Shown here: one piece after another, positions 1 to 8,511 of the stretch
Position numbering within the stretch: the first letter of the stretch is position 1
Layout: the number at the start of each line of letters is the position of its first letter
Virus record (IMG/VR): IMGVR_UViG_3300045996_002431
Coordinates: 1 to 64,000 of that record
From: a virus
DNA: 64,000 bases
Reading direction: 5' to 3' (one strand)
Translations under genes and position numbers: made by a program
Notes under the pieces: model-generated
Seen by the model: only the letters and a program-made list of their open reading frames with translations
What the model was told of the DNA's origin: nothing
Database searches by the model: none

Positions 1-553
1 ATTAAGGCGCAGAATCAATCATCTGTGTCAGAGGCTTAAGTCAAAACAGAGACCGTGTATTTTATTTTTCGATGACATTAACACTTCACCCCCTGCCGTT
101 TCTTTCCGCGATATCGAAGACTTTAAACCTCTTCCTTTTTTCCAGGAAGTTATAAACGAAAAGATGAAAGAACTGAAAAAGGATCATGACAATTTAATGA
201 GGATTGTTTGGTCCATTCCTAGGAAACCCATCCTCACAACTCATGATGGAGTTGAGATTTTCGAAGGCGACGATCGTCCGGTTTACTGGATGAATAAAAA
301 CGATTTTCGAATCTTCCGCGCGGAAAAGCCTGAAATCATTAAATGGAATGATGGTGACATCATCTTCTCAACAGAAGAAGCTGCTGCGAGATATGTCGAG
401 GATAATAAACCAGTATTCTCTTTAATGGAAGTTATGGCCGCGATGACAAAAGCAAAAGTTGCAGCAGAAGAAGAGAAAGGAAAAATAGATATTGGGTATG
501 TTCAATACCTTCTTCAGAAAGCAAAAGAAAGGATCAGGAATGCTAAAGTTTAA
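1..553 (+). CDS. Hypothetical phage protein, 5'-truncated by the window edge
   Basis: The frame of ORF 164..553 stays open back to base 2 (LRRRINH...PCILFFDDINTS...EKMKELKK), so the gene probably starts before the window. Confidence 0.65.
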   Translation, partial: LRRRINHLCQRLKSKQRPCILFFDDINTSPPAVSFRDIEDFKPLPFFQEVINEKMKELKKDHDNLMRIVWSIPRKPILTTHDGVEIFEGDDRPVYWMNKNDFRIFRAEKPEIIKWNDGDIIFSTEEAAARYVEDNKPVFSLMEVMAAMTKAKVAAEEEKGKIDIGYVQYLLQKAKERIRNAKV

Positions 554-725
554 GTGGATATTCCTAACGATACTACTTTACACAGTAGTTCCCGCGGCTC
601 ACATTAAATTGTCAGAGTCGTGGGAGCCGATGGCAAAGGCCCTCACGGGAACATTACTATCGATCGCAATACCAGGTTATTTAATTTTTGGATACGCACA
701 TGATAAAAGGAAAGAAAGAAGCTAA
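540..725 (+). CDS. Small membrane protein (2 TM)
   Basis: Two hydrophobic stretches. ATG 540 overlaps the end of the previous gene. Confidence 0.6.
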   Translation: MLKFKWIFLTILLYTVVPAAHIKLSESWEPMAKALTGTLLSIAIPGYLIFGYAHDKRKERS

Positions 726-1008
726 GTATTTTCTCGATACTGACAAGCTAAGAAGAATTTTTGAAGAGAAGAATATGTCAGATGTTCAGGTTGCCTCAAA
801 AGCAGGACTTTCTAAAACAACTGTACTGAATGTTAAGCTCGGAAGAGTGGAAGGCCTGACGCTTGACACTGCTATAAGGATGTGTATTGCGGCTGGAATA
901 GACGTGAGTAATTGTATCACAGAAACCAAGCCATTCCGGGAACCAACAGCCGAGGATATTCGAGCTGAAAACGCAAGAAGAATAAGGCATTTAAAATCAT
1001 ACGATTAA
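688..1008 (+). CDS. XRE/Cro-family HTH DNA-binding protein
   Basis: KLRRIFEEKNMSDVQVASKAGLSKTTVLNVKLGR...TLDTAIRMCIAAGIDVS is a typical HTH_XRE pattern. Confidence 0.85.
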   Translation: MDTHMIKGKKEAKYFLDTDKLRRIFEEKNMSDVQVASKAGLSKTTVLNVKLGRVEGLTLDTAIRMCIAAGIDVSNCITETKPFREPTAEDIRAENARRIRHLKSYD

Positions 1009-1013
1009 AGAAT

Positions 1014-1247
1014 ATGGAAGCACAAACAACAACCAAAACACTCGGCGAACTAAGAGTTCGTACCGAGTTCAATCCAGCCGCAAATGGCGATGTGGATTTA
1101 ATTAAACAAAAAACAGCAGAGTTGATCAACCTTGTTGATAACTTAAAAACCGCAGACAGGCGACTCGTTTCGTTAGCTCAGACTTCTTTCGAAGAAGCTG
1201 CGATGTGGGCCGTAAAAGCGGCAACAGCCAGCGTGGTTAAGGCTTAA
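1014..1247 (+). CDS. Acb2/Tad1-like helical hairpin protein (putative nucleotide-signal sponge)
   Basis: 77 aa. C-terminal R-x-x-SLAQTSFEEAAMWAVKAAT resembles the Acb2/Tad1 hairpin signature (A-x-T-x-x-EEA-x-MW). Confidence 0.65.
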   Translation: MEAQTTTKTLGELRVRTEFNPAANGDVDLIKQKTAELINLVDNLKTADRRLVSLAQTSFEEAAMWAVKAATASVVKA

Positions 1248-1304
1248 AATCATAACGCTATTAAAAATACTCATCCCAAAATTGGCTGTTTGGTGAGTAA
1301 AAAC

Positions 1305-1381
1305 GTCTCAAGTAGTTCTACTGGTTGAACATCCCTTGATTTGATGGGAAGGTTGCGGGTTCGAGTCCCGTCTTGAGACCA
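1305..1381 (+). tRNA. tRNA-like RNA with an aberrant 10-nt anticodon loop (identity undetermined)
   Basis: Acceptor TCTCAAG/CTTGAGA, D arm GTTC/GAAC with GG, T arm GCGGG-TTCGAGT-CCCGT, followed by CCA. Anticodon stem TCCC/GGGA encloses TTGATTTGAT. Confidence 0.8.
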
Positions 1382-1417
1382 CATTTTGTATTATACAATT
1401 TGTTGAATACCATTCAA

Positions 1418-1449
1418 TTGGCTTTTCCGCCGAAAATCTCCTACTTTTA
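1418..1449 (+). promoter_or_regulatory. Bacteroidota-type promoter (TTG...TAnnTTTA)
   Basis: TTG at 1418 and TACTTTTA at 1442-1449, 4 nt before ATG 1454. Confidence 0.55.
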
Positions 1450-1453
1450 GGTT

Positions 1454-2104
1454 ATGACCACCCACAAAAAGCACCGAATTAGCAGAAATTCTCAAAAATT
1501 GTTCAAAAATTCGGAGCCGGAGGTTCAAAAACTCGTTTCAGACATTATTTCCCGGTGTGAAGAGCACAATATTGTATTCATAGCCCATCACTGCAGGTTT
1601 AAGGACGGTAATCTTGGTCTATTTAACGCCGGAAACGCCTATTTAATGATTTGTACCAAGAATGATGACTGGATCTCCACCTTAATACACGAGTCATGCC
1701 ATATGGATCAGTACGCCGAGCAGGCAAAGGTATACCGGGGCTGGGCAACAGCTCCTGACGTGTTTAAATGGATGTGGGGCGATCTAGAGCTATCCAGGCG
1801 TCAATCATCAATCGCCCTTCACAAGTATCAGGAGATCGAACTGGACTGCGAAAAACGTACACTTAAAAAGATAAACGAATACGGACTAACTCACTTGATA
1901 AATGTCGACCGGTACGTGAGGATGTCCAACTTTTGCATCATGATGTATGGCGCGGCGAAAGTCCTAAAAGACTTCCCCAGGACCAAAAGACCAAAGGCCT
2001 GGAACTACAAAATGTGGTCCGGCATGCCAAATAAATTACTTCCGCTGGAGAAATACAAACGAACACCAAAATGGTTCGTTGAGGAGATAAGGACTATGCT
2101 GTGA
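1454..2104 (+). CDS. Zincin-like metallopeptidase (HExxH)
   Basis: TLIHESCHMDQ motif with a downstream E-x-D-C-E helix. Confidence 0.6.
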   Translation: MTTHKKHRISRNSQKLFKNSEPEVQKLVSDIISRCEEHNIVFIAHHCRFKDGNLGLFNAGNAYLMICTKNDDWISTLIHESCHMDQYAEQAKVYRGWATAPDVFKWMWGDLELSRRQSSIALHKYQEIELDCEKRTLKKINEYGLTHLINVDRYVRMSNFCIMMYGAAKVLKDFPRTKRPKAWNYKMWSGMPNKLLPLEKYKRTPKWFVEEIRTML

Positions 2105-2318
2105 ATACAGACTCCTGGATCATTCTCTGAAAACAATAATCACATATGTCCCATAACTGATGGGCCGGGACCCGGTTATTACATTCATCAGAAGAACACT
2201 TCTTAACTTCCTGGGCTCTTCCAGCCAGGCTTGCTGTCATACGGCGCTTTGCCGATTCTTCGCTAATGTAAGTAAGCCAATCTACGAATGGCCTTGCTTC
2301 TTGTCTTTGATCGATCAT
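2094..2318 (-). CDS. Small Zn-finger-like protein
   Basis: CxxxxC...CxxC. Overlaps the upstream gene in a coupled run. Confidence 0.5.
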   Translation of the reverse strand: MIDQRQEARPFVDWLTYISEESAKRRMTASLAGRAQEVKKCSSDECNNRVPAHQLWDICDYCFQRMIQESVFTA

Positions 2319-2686
2319 TTCCTTTTAAGTATTTTATTAAAAAATAAATTAAATACAACATTCCACACTACTCCATAGACAATCATATTGATCAAAAAGT
2401 TTACAACCGGGTGAATATTTTTTAATATCACCGGCGGTCCGTAGTTATAGGCGGTGAGAGCGGATACGGCAAGAAAAATTATGGCAAGTGTTTTTAGCAC
2501 ATGCCATCCGTCTGATAGTGAATCAGGGACCCATTTGGGTAATGAATATTTTCTCTTCCAGGACACTTCCGGATTCCAAAAATTATGATTAAGGTAGGCG
2601 AATTTAGATCTCCAAAAATGGAATTGCAGTTTATCCATTCCTGCGATCAGAGCGGCGGAAATAGCCCAAAAAACAATACTAATCAT
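2315..2686 (-). CDS. Membrane protein
   Basis: 3 hydrophobic segments and a WNP..SW..KY...DGWH motif. Start moved to ATG 2686. Confidence 0.65.
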   Translation of the reverse strand: MISIVFWAISAALIAGMDKLQFHFWRSKFAYLNHNFWNPEVSWKRKYSLPKWVPDSLSDGWHVLKTLAIIFLAVSALTAYNYGPPVILKNIHPVVNFLINMIVYGVVWNVVFNLFFNKILKRK

Positions 2687-2885
2687 TCTTAACGAGTTTG
2701 ATCGCAGTAGCCACGAATCCAATAGGCGAAATGATCGCAGCAAGCATAACCATTATCTTACCGTCCCACCCTTCGGCTTCATAAAAAGCCTCAGCGAGAA
2801 GGCTGATGAAAGATAGTTCCGTGATCAGCATAACCAGGAACAGGATCATCATTGCTGTAAAAAATATTCTGTCTTTCTTTGTCAT
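2679..2885 (-). CDS. Small 2-TM membrane protein
   Basis: Two hydrophobic segments; overlaps the downstream gene. Confidence 0.6.
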   Translation of the reverse strand: MTKKDRIFFTAMMILFLVMLITELSFISLLAEAFYEAEGWDGKIMVMLAAIISPIGFVATAIKLVKND

Positions 2886-2906
2886 GATACTACTTGTTTG
2901 TGGGGG

Positions 2907-3140
2907 TTAACGAAAGTGTCCTAATAAAATTCTTGATTCAAAATGGTTAATTACATCATGGTGACTCTTTTCAGGCTGCCCATATCCTTCTGATACCCTA
3001 ACATCAGCAATCGGTTCAAGCGAGCCTTTTTTAAAAAGTTTTGCTCTCATAACTTTTGCGTCGTATCTGTCGCGTCTATACTGAAAGTAGTACCTGTCAT
3101 TAGACAAGTGATAAGTTTCAGACTCAAGTACCTCTTTCAT
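2907..3140 (-). CDS. Hypothetical protein
   Basis: Likely start at ATG 3140 (MKEVLESE), overlapping the end of the upstream gene. Confidence 0.55.
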   Translation of the reverse strand: MKEVLESETYHLSNDRYYFQYRRDRYDAKVMRAKLFKKGSLEPIADVRVSEGYGQPEKSHHDVINHFESRILLGHFR

Positions 3141-4215
3141 TTCCCGGTGCTTTTGGTAAGGGCATCCAATGAGATGGAGATATTCTTGACCTGTCCCACA
3201 CCTCTTCAAACTTACCGTCTATAAAAAAGCAAACTAAATGCTTCCCGCTTGTATTGATAAACACAAGAACTTTGTCAGCGTTTTCAGGCAATCTTTCTTC
3301 AACACTAATCCATTCCCCTTCTTTCTTTATAGGGAGGGATAAAGCTTTTTTGAAGCCAGTTATAAACCCTTCTGCCCTGCTTGATTGATGTCCATGAAAA
3401 TCAGTAATATCATTCGGAAACTCTAAGTCCGCCATTCTCTCAATTTCTCCTTCATCTATAACTTTCTTATCGAGACCTTCAATAAATTTCTTTGCCCTAG
3501 CAATTGAATCAGTGAATAATTCTTTCCCTTTAAATTTTTCCATCACCTCTTCTAAATCAACCTTTGGCTTGCTTTCGTCTGATAGTTTAGAAGATAAGTT
3601 TTTCATGAAATTTTCTCGTTCAGGTTTTGTTATATCGCCATACTTCTTGCACATTTCAAATCCAAAGTCGATGGCTGAGTTAATTTTATCCGTTGGCACT
3701 TCTGATACAGGGGTTGAGAGGGATTCAATGAATTTATCTAGTTGTTCTTTGAAATTCCAGCCTTTATCATTTTTCAAGATAAAATCTCTAGCCATTGCGT
3801 AAACTCTCTTATCGGCAATTACGCATCTAAGCATATACTCTGCCTCGTTTTCGTTAACCCTTGCTTTAAGTTCTGGATATTCTTTCTTGCTTGTCAATTC
3901 CTCTATCTGCTGCTTTAAAGAGGTGACTTGCTTTTCATAGTCTACCGCAGAATTATAATTAAGCTTGACTTTCTGTTTTTGAATAGTCAACTCAGACTTC
4001 AAATCATCAATCTCTTTCCTTAGCTCTGCTTCTATTTCTGAGGGTAGGGAGGATTGATACCAAAAGGAAGGATATTCTTCCGAAACCCGATCATCACGGC
4101 AACTCCAAACTGTTTCGCTTTTAAACCAAAACAGATTTCCTTTATCAGTATTATACCATCCTGCAACTTCAGGATTTATTTCTTTCGCTTTGTGTTGAAT
4201 GAATGTCTTTTCCAT
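3124..4215 (-). CDS. Mosaic phage protein with C-terminal DUF551-like domain
   Basis: EWISVEERLPE...VLVF...HWMPLPKAP; internal coiled coil. Confidence 0.75.
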   Translation of the reverse strand: MEKTFIQHKAKEINPEVAGWYNTDKGNLFWFKSETVWSCRDDRVSEEYPSFWYQSSLPSEIEAELRKEIDDLKSELTIQKQKVKLNYNSAVDYEKQVTSLKQQIEELTSKKEYPELKARVNENEAEYMLRCVIADKRVYAMARDFILKNDKGWNFKEQLDKFIESLSTPVSEVPTDKINSAIDFGFEMCKKYGDITKPERENFMKNLSSKLSDESKPKVDLEEVMEKFKGKELFTDSIARAKKFIEGLDKKVIDEGEIERMADLEFPNDITDFHGHQSSRAEGFITGFKKALSLPIKKEGEWISVEERLPENADKVLVFINTSGKHLVCFFIDGKFEEVWDRSRISPSHWMPLPKAPGNERGT

Positions 4216-4934
4216 TATTTCGCCTCCGCTCTTTCGATGATTTTTTTCAACAATTCCTTATCAACCTTATACTGACCACGGCACCCGACATTGAGAGATT
4301 GGATTTGGCCCATATTCATATTATTGAGCAACTTCTTTAAGAAGGCAATGCCGTAATTCACTCCGTTTACCGTGACAAACTTATATCCAAATCCTTCATT
4401 AAACGAAACCGCGTACTCTCCGATCTTAATTTCTTCTTCCTTCACGATTTCGGCCCATTTCCCGTTCATGAATATCGTGTACCAAGATCGGGCGTTGAAG
4501 CCGTGAGTTTTGATTAAAAGTTGAGATTGATTCACCATAAAAGCTCCTCCATCATTAATAAAAACAATTTGTTTATCATTAATCATATTCTTGAACCTCG
4601 CACCCTTCACAAATCCTTTCTGTATGGCCATTTTTACCAAAACTTCCTTGATTTCGGCATTTGTGGCTAGAACGGCACCCTGAATACACCACATGGAATC
4701 ATCTTCAAAAATTGCATCTCCGTTAATGCCTATTCCTTTAACCCAATCCTTCGTCGACAGGCTATTTACAAGGAATACAGATCCAAACTCATTCCTATAC
4801 CACTTCCCAATCTCAATTGGCTGAGGTTGCGGAGGAGTAGCCTGACCGATCAGTTTTTTCTTGATGTTGTCAAGTTTTTGGTTATATTCTTTTTGGAGAT
4901 TATCCAGCTCATCAATTAGGTTCATGTTTTCCAT
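4215..4934 (-). CDS. Hypothetical phage protein
   Basis: Long ORF coupled to the downstream gene; likely start MENMNL. Confidence 0.7.
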   Translation of the reverse strand: MENMNLIDELDNLQKEYNQKLDNIKKKLIGQATPPQPQPIEIGKWYRNEFGSVFLVNSLSTKDWVKGIGINGDAIFEDDSMWCIQGAVLATNAEIKEVLVKMAIQKGFVKGARFKNMINDKQIVFINDGGAFMVNQSQLLIKTHGFNARSWYTIFMNGKWAEIVKEEEIKIGEYAVSFNEGFGYKFVTVNGVNYGIAFLKKLLNNMNMGQIQSLNVGCRGQYKVDKELLKKIIERAEAK

Positions 4935-4979
4935 GGTTTTGCTTTTTTGTATTTGTACGGGAATCCAGCACATAAGGTT

Positions 4980-5312
4980 TCAATTATTTTTTTTAAATTT
5001 TTGGAAAAATTCTCTGACCTTTTCACGGAAGGTTGGTTCGGGCTTGGTCATCTCGACACATTTAGCCAGGATCTCAAGGCGCTTCTTTTTTCCGTATTCG
5101 TTTCTCGGGAACCATATTGACCTAACGCCTGGTGGCTTCTGTGAATAAAACTCGGTTAGTTGAGCTTCGAGCTGAAACGGATACAGATCAAGTCCAAGAT
5201 TGTCCGCGGCTCGAAAAATTCCCAAACACATTAATGCCGATTCTCTTTTCTTGACGTATTCATAAGACAACTTATAAATTTCGTGTTTTTGTTCTCTTGA
5301 TAGTTTTTTCAT
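4980..5312 (-). CDS. Hypothetical protein, paralog family A
   Basis: IY...C...EF...P...WF...R..IL..C..M pattern shared with 5575, 5919 and 13569. Confidence 0.7.
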   Translation of the reverse strand: MKKLSREQKHEIYKLSYEYVKKRESALMCLGIFRAADNLGLDLYPFQLEAQLTEFYSQKPPGVRSIWFPRNEYGKKKRLEILAKCVEMTKPEPTFREKVREFFQKFKKNN

Positions 5313-5572
5313 GGGTTTGTTTTTGATGCCATCTCATCATAAAATTTCATGGATGGCTTTATGTTGAATAATTTTTGGAACCAGTTCCTGTCTTTCAGCA
5401 TCTGCTGGTAATACCGCTCCCTGGATACTTCTCTGTCGTGTAGATAAGCCTGTAGCTCATCATAAAAGACTTTTCCGTCGCTTGTGACGTACTTGATCTT
5501 ATTCTCGGCCGGGTTTTTTAACTGGATGCCGATCCTGAACTCACTCAACAGATCAAATTCTTGGTAGTTCAT
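5309..5572 (-). CDS. Hypothetical protein
   Basis: Coupled ORF with YVTSDGKVF motif. Confidence 0.6.
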   Translation of the reverse strand: MNYQEFDLLSEFRIGIQLKNPAENKIKYVTSDGKVFYDELQAYLHDREVSRERYYQQMLKDRNWFQKLFNIKPSMKFYDEMASKTNP

Positions 5573-5574
5573 AA

Positions 5575-5922
5575 TTAAATCATTGCGGCACAAAATGCCA
5601 TTGCGGTGAAACGTTCCTTGTTAACTCGTATTACTTCTTTCCTGTAATCTATTCGCGTCATTATCGGTTCGTAATCGCCAATAAACCATACGCCGGTACT
5701 TATATCTTTCGGGCGGAGAAGCGCAAATTCAGGAAAAAGATCCATTATCTCCTCATCATCCGGATACCATTCGTTATCAGGATCTTCATCAGTATAATGC
5801 CTGTACATGAACTTAAGATAGCAGCAGATAAAAAATCGCTCATCCCCGGCATCGTAACCTTCTCTTGCGGTTATGAATGTCAGGTATATTTCCTTTCTAA
5901 TGGATTTCGGAAGTCTTTTCAT
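5575..5922 (-). CDS. Hypothetical protein, paralog family A
   Basis: EIY...ICC...LFPEFALLRP...WF...RFTAMAFCAAM. Confidence 0.7.
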   Translation of the reverse strand: MKRLPKSIRKEIYLTFITAREGYDAGDERFFICCYLKFMYRHYTDEDPDNEWYPDDEEIMDLFPEFALLRPKDISTGVWFIGDYEPIMTRIDYRKEVIRVNKERFTAMAFCAAMI

Positions 5923-6209
5923 ACAGTAAAATCCTCATCTCCCATCGCAAGAAGGAAGCATAAAATTGTTTCGCGAATTTCTTCAACTTGTTTCGGTGAT
6001 TCGTTGAAAAACTGAAAACTTCCGAAATGAACCCCATAAATCGGTTCCCGGAAAAATAAATCGAAATTCTTAAATATGCCGGTCCTGTCATACGGGCAAT
6101 TACTTCCGTAATCCTTTTTGTGGTAATAGCAAAGGCCATTAAGCTTGTAACCGGACAAATCCCTTTTTTCAAAGTAATTGAGGACAACTTCCTTAATTGA
6201 TGGTTTCAT
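5919..6209 (-). CDS. Hypothetical protein, divergent member of paralog family A
   Basis: GLC...FKNFDLFF...RETILCFLLAM. Confidence 0.6.
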   Translation of the reverse strand: MKPSIKEVVLNYFEKRDLSGYKLNGLCYYHKKDYGSNCPYDRTGIFKNFDLFFREPIYGVHFGSFQFFNESPKQVEEIRETILCFLLAMGDEDFTV

Positions 6210-6210
6210 A

Positions 6211-6522
6211 TTAATTGGCCAATACAGGCACTTCTTCTAATAGTTTGACATAAGTGATCATCGGAGCGCTTTTGGACTGTAGGGGAGTGAATCTTGAGGC
6301 CCTGAAGGTATGATAATACCCATCTTCTTCTATGCATCCACATATTGCGCATTCGCTAGTATGTTTTTCGTCTGGTATTTCTTTTAACTGAAGTTCCAGG
6401 ATACCGCACCCCGAGCAGCAAGTAACTGACTTTACGGTGTATTCGCGTCCTTTAGTCAGCCAGGGCTCGACCAGTGAGTCGTTCACGCAAAGGACCTTCT
6501 GATTTGGTTTGAATTGATTCAT
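6211..6522 (-). CDS. Hypothetical SH3-like protein with Zn-ribbon insert, paralog family B
   Basis: FKPNQKVLCVND...WLTKGREYTV...F.ASRF, similar to 15073..15447. Start ATG 6522 lies 6 nt after TAAATTTA. Confidence 0.7.
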   Translation of the reverse strand: MNQFKPNQKVLCVNDSLVEPWLTKGREYTVKSVTCCSGCGILELQLKEIPDEKHTSECAICGCIEEDGYYHTFRASRFTPLQSKSAPMITYVKLLEEVPVLAN

Positions 6523-6583
6523 TGTCGATAAATTTACACACTTATACCGGATTCGAACTGCTGAGGTTGCGTTTTTTGATAAA

Positions 6584-6889
6584 TTATTTTTTGACAGCCT
6601 GTCCGGCAACCGGTGTAAAATCAGTTGACTTTAAGGATTCCGATATAGCCTGATAGTGCAGCATGTTCTTCCGGGCCTCCATAAGACCCTCTATTAGATT
6701 ATCCAGGCCTTTAGTTCCAACCTGGAACGCCAGCCGCTTAGGTTTTTGCTTGCGGCTAATTACGTTCTTCTTTAGTTCGTATTCCGGCTCCTCGATAAGG
6801 AGAACGACTTCGGTAATTGGCACTAAAACCCCTTCAGTAGTGTCTACGTGAAGCGAGTGGTTTGTTCTTAAGCTTAATAATTGTGACAT
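6584..6889 (-). CDS. Hypothetical protein, first gene of the leftward operon
   Basis: ATG 6889 follows TATACTTG and an A-rich leader. Confidence 0.65.
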   Translation of the reverse strand: MSQLLSLRTNHSLHVDTTEGVLVPITEVVLLIEEPEYELKKNVISRKQKPKRLAFQVGTKGLDNLIEGLMEARKNMLHYQAISESLKSTDFTPVAGQAVKK

Positions 6890-7079
6890 GGTTAGATTTT
6901 TTTTCACAAGTATATGGATTTTTTTCCTCAAGGTTGCGTTTTAGTAGAAAATAATCTCCATTTTTAACAAATTTAACTTTTATAGTAGAAAATAATCGCA
7001 TTTTTTGTCTTCAGCCGGGATTTTTCGAGACATTTGTTAATAGTTTTAACAGTACCTTAGTTAAAAGAGGTTAAATAAC

Positions 7080-7190
7080 TTGACTTTTCGCCGGTCTTGA
7101 GTTACTTTTACCTTAAAGCCGTACAACTGGTTTAGCTCGGATTTGGACTCCCTGCACAAGAATTAAGGCCCTCCGGGGCCTTTTTTCTTT
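7080..7190 (+). ncRNA. Candidate ~70-nt sRNA with its own promoter and terminator
   Basis: TTGAC 7080 plus TACTTTTA 7103-7110, no ATG downstream, then an intrinsic terminator at 7165-7190. Confidence 0.5.
7165..7190 (+). terminator. Intrinsic terminator
   Basis: AAGGCCC-TCCG-GGGCCTT followed by TTTTCTTT. Confidence 0.8.
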
Positions 7191-7988
7191 AATTCCGGTA
7201 ATTACCATCACTATCCCTCAGATCCCCGCTCAATGTCGGTTTTAAACGACAATCTTATTGCATTTAAGGTATTAAGTTATTGATTATTAGTCATTTACAA
7301 TAAGTATCTTAACTGAAAGCTTGGATATTTTGGTGTGGGGTACTGTAGCATGCTTCTAACCCCTCCGGCCTCCAAAAACCGAAAGCCAAACTGACAGAGA
7401 CCCCCAGTGGGGAGGGGGTATCGACTTTTAAGGCCTTGTTACTCAGTTACTTAATAACAATATACCCATAAACTACATTATGTTAAGTAGAACAGCAAGG
7501 CATTTAATTTCTTGGCAACAAGTTGTTAATCAGATAGATGAGCAGAAAGAACTAATGATCTAAGGTACGTTGCTGTTAGGCTATTTAGTTGAGAGTCAGA
7601 CAAATATATTTGTGTATAATAAACAATACCCCAACACCTAAACATCTAAGCTTTTTAGGTCTTTAGCGAATACCTTTAGGACCTGAGAAGCAAAATGTTT
7701 TTACTCATGCATAGTACTTTGCAATACCTAGTACCTGCTTATACCCTTTAATGTCCTTAGTCCTTCTTCTTCTCCTTGTCTCTTTATAGCTTGTGTATAT
7801 TGGTCTATAATATGAGTATAATTTGATGCGTTATTTGGGCCGGTTTTTTCCGCCGCTGGTATCTTAAATTTGATTTTTTGGTATGTTCATAACTTAATTT
7901 GCAAATATCATCTATGTTCAGAATCAAATAGTTATAAACCTAGGCTTCGCAAAGTTATTAACAATTTACAATTTTAACAATTTAATAC

Positions 7989-8020
7989 TTGACAAACCCT
8001 TTTTTATTGTCGTATATTTG
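7989..8020 (+). promoter_or_regulatory. Consensus Bacteroidota primary-sigma promoter driving the early operon
   Basis: TTG(ACA) at 7989, 21-nt spacer, TATATTTG at 8013-8020 (TAnnTTTG), AT-rich upstream DNA. Confidence 0.75.
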
Positions 8021-8102
8021 TACCATGATTAACAGAAAGTTTAAAACAATTCAAAACCCAAACACGTTTAAAGTAATATATAATAACTAAAAATTAAATA
8101 CC

Positions 8103-8498
8103 ATGAAATTAGATAACCAAACACTAGAGCGCCTTACAAGACTCATTCACTTCTCAAACGGTTTTAGTTATTCATTAGCTCTTAATAAGATATTTGAAGC
8201 AGGTGAACCGTTCTATTTTGTTTCAGTCCCTGAACATGAATGGAAGCGCGAATTTTCCCCGTTTATGCTTGAAACTTCAGAATTAATTAAGAACTATGTT
8301 GATAGTCACCAGTCAGAACTATTAAAACCTCAGAACGTTTTAGGCGCTTGGGTTTATAATGGGCTCTTATACCTCGATGTTAGCGAAGCTGTTCACCAGC
8401 GGCACAAAACCCTTGAGACGGTCTTAAAATTAGCCAAGAGCAGGAATCAATTGGCAATATTCGATCTATTAAATAACAGAACTATTAACATAGCTTAA
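8103..8498 (+). CDS. Putative SAM-lyase-like early protein
   Basis: LGAWVYNGLLYLDVSE...LAKSRNQLAIFDL. The G-x-W...acidic...Q-x-hydrophobic order parallels T3-type SAM lyases. By-eye similarity only. Confidence 0.4.
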   Translation: MKLDNQTLERLTRLIHFSNGFSYSLALNKIFEAGEPFYFVSVPEHEWKREFSPFMLETSELIKNYVDSHQSELLKPQNVLGAWVYNGLLYLDVSEAVHQRHKTLETVLKLAKSRNQLAIFDLLNNRTINIA

Positions 8499-8511
8499 CA
8501 CCTTAGAAACT

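Larger units (their letters stand above)
6932..8012. other. Non-coding divergent control region, candidate genome terminus/origin
   Basis: About 1.1 kb with no ORF of 60 aa or more, between divergent operons. Contains direct repeats, a G/C-run island, promoters and a terminator. Confidence 0.6.

Noticed and set aside
53-80. AAA+ Walker B (PCILFFDDI) in the truncated first gene
   Set aside because: Only a fragment is visible and the downstream sequence lacks sensor and arginine-finger motifs, so it cannot be supported.
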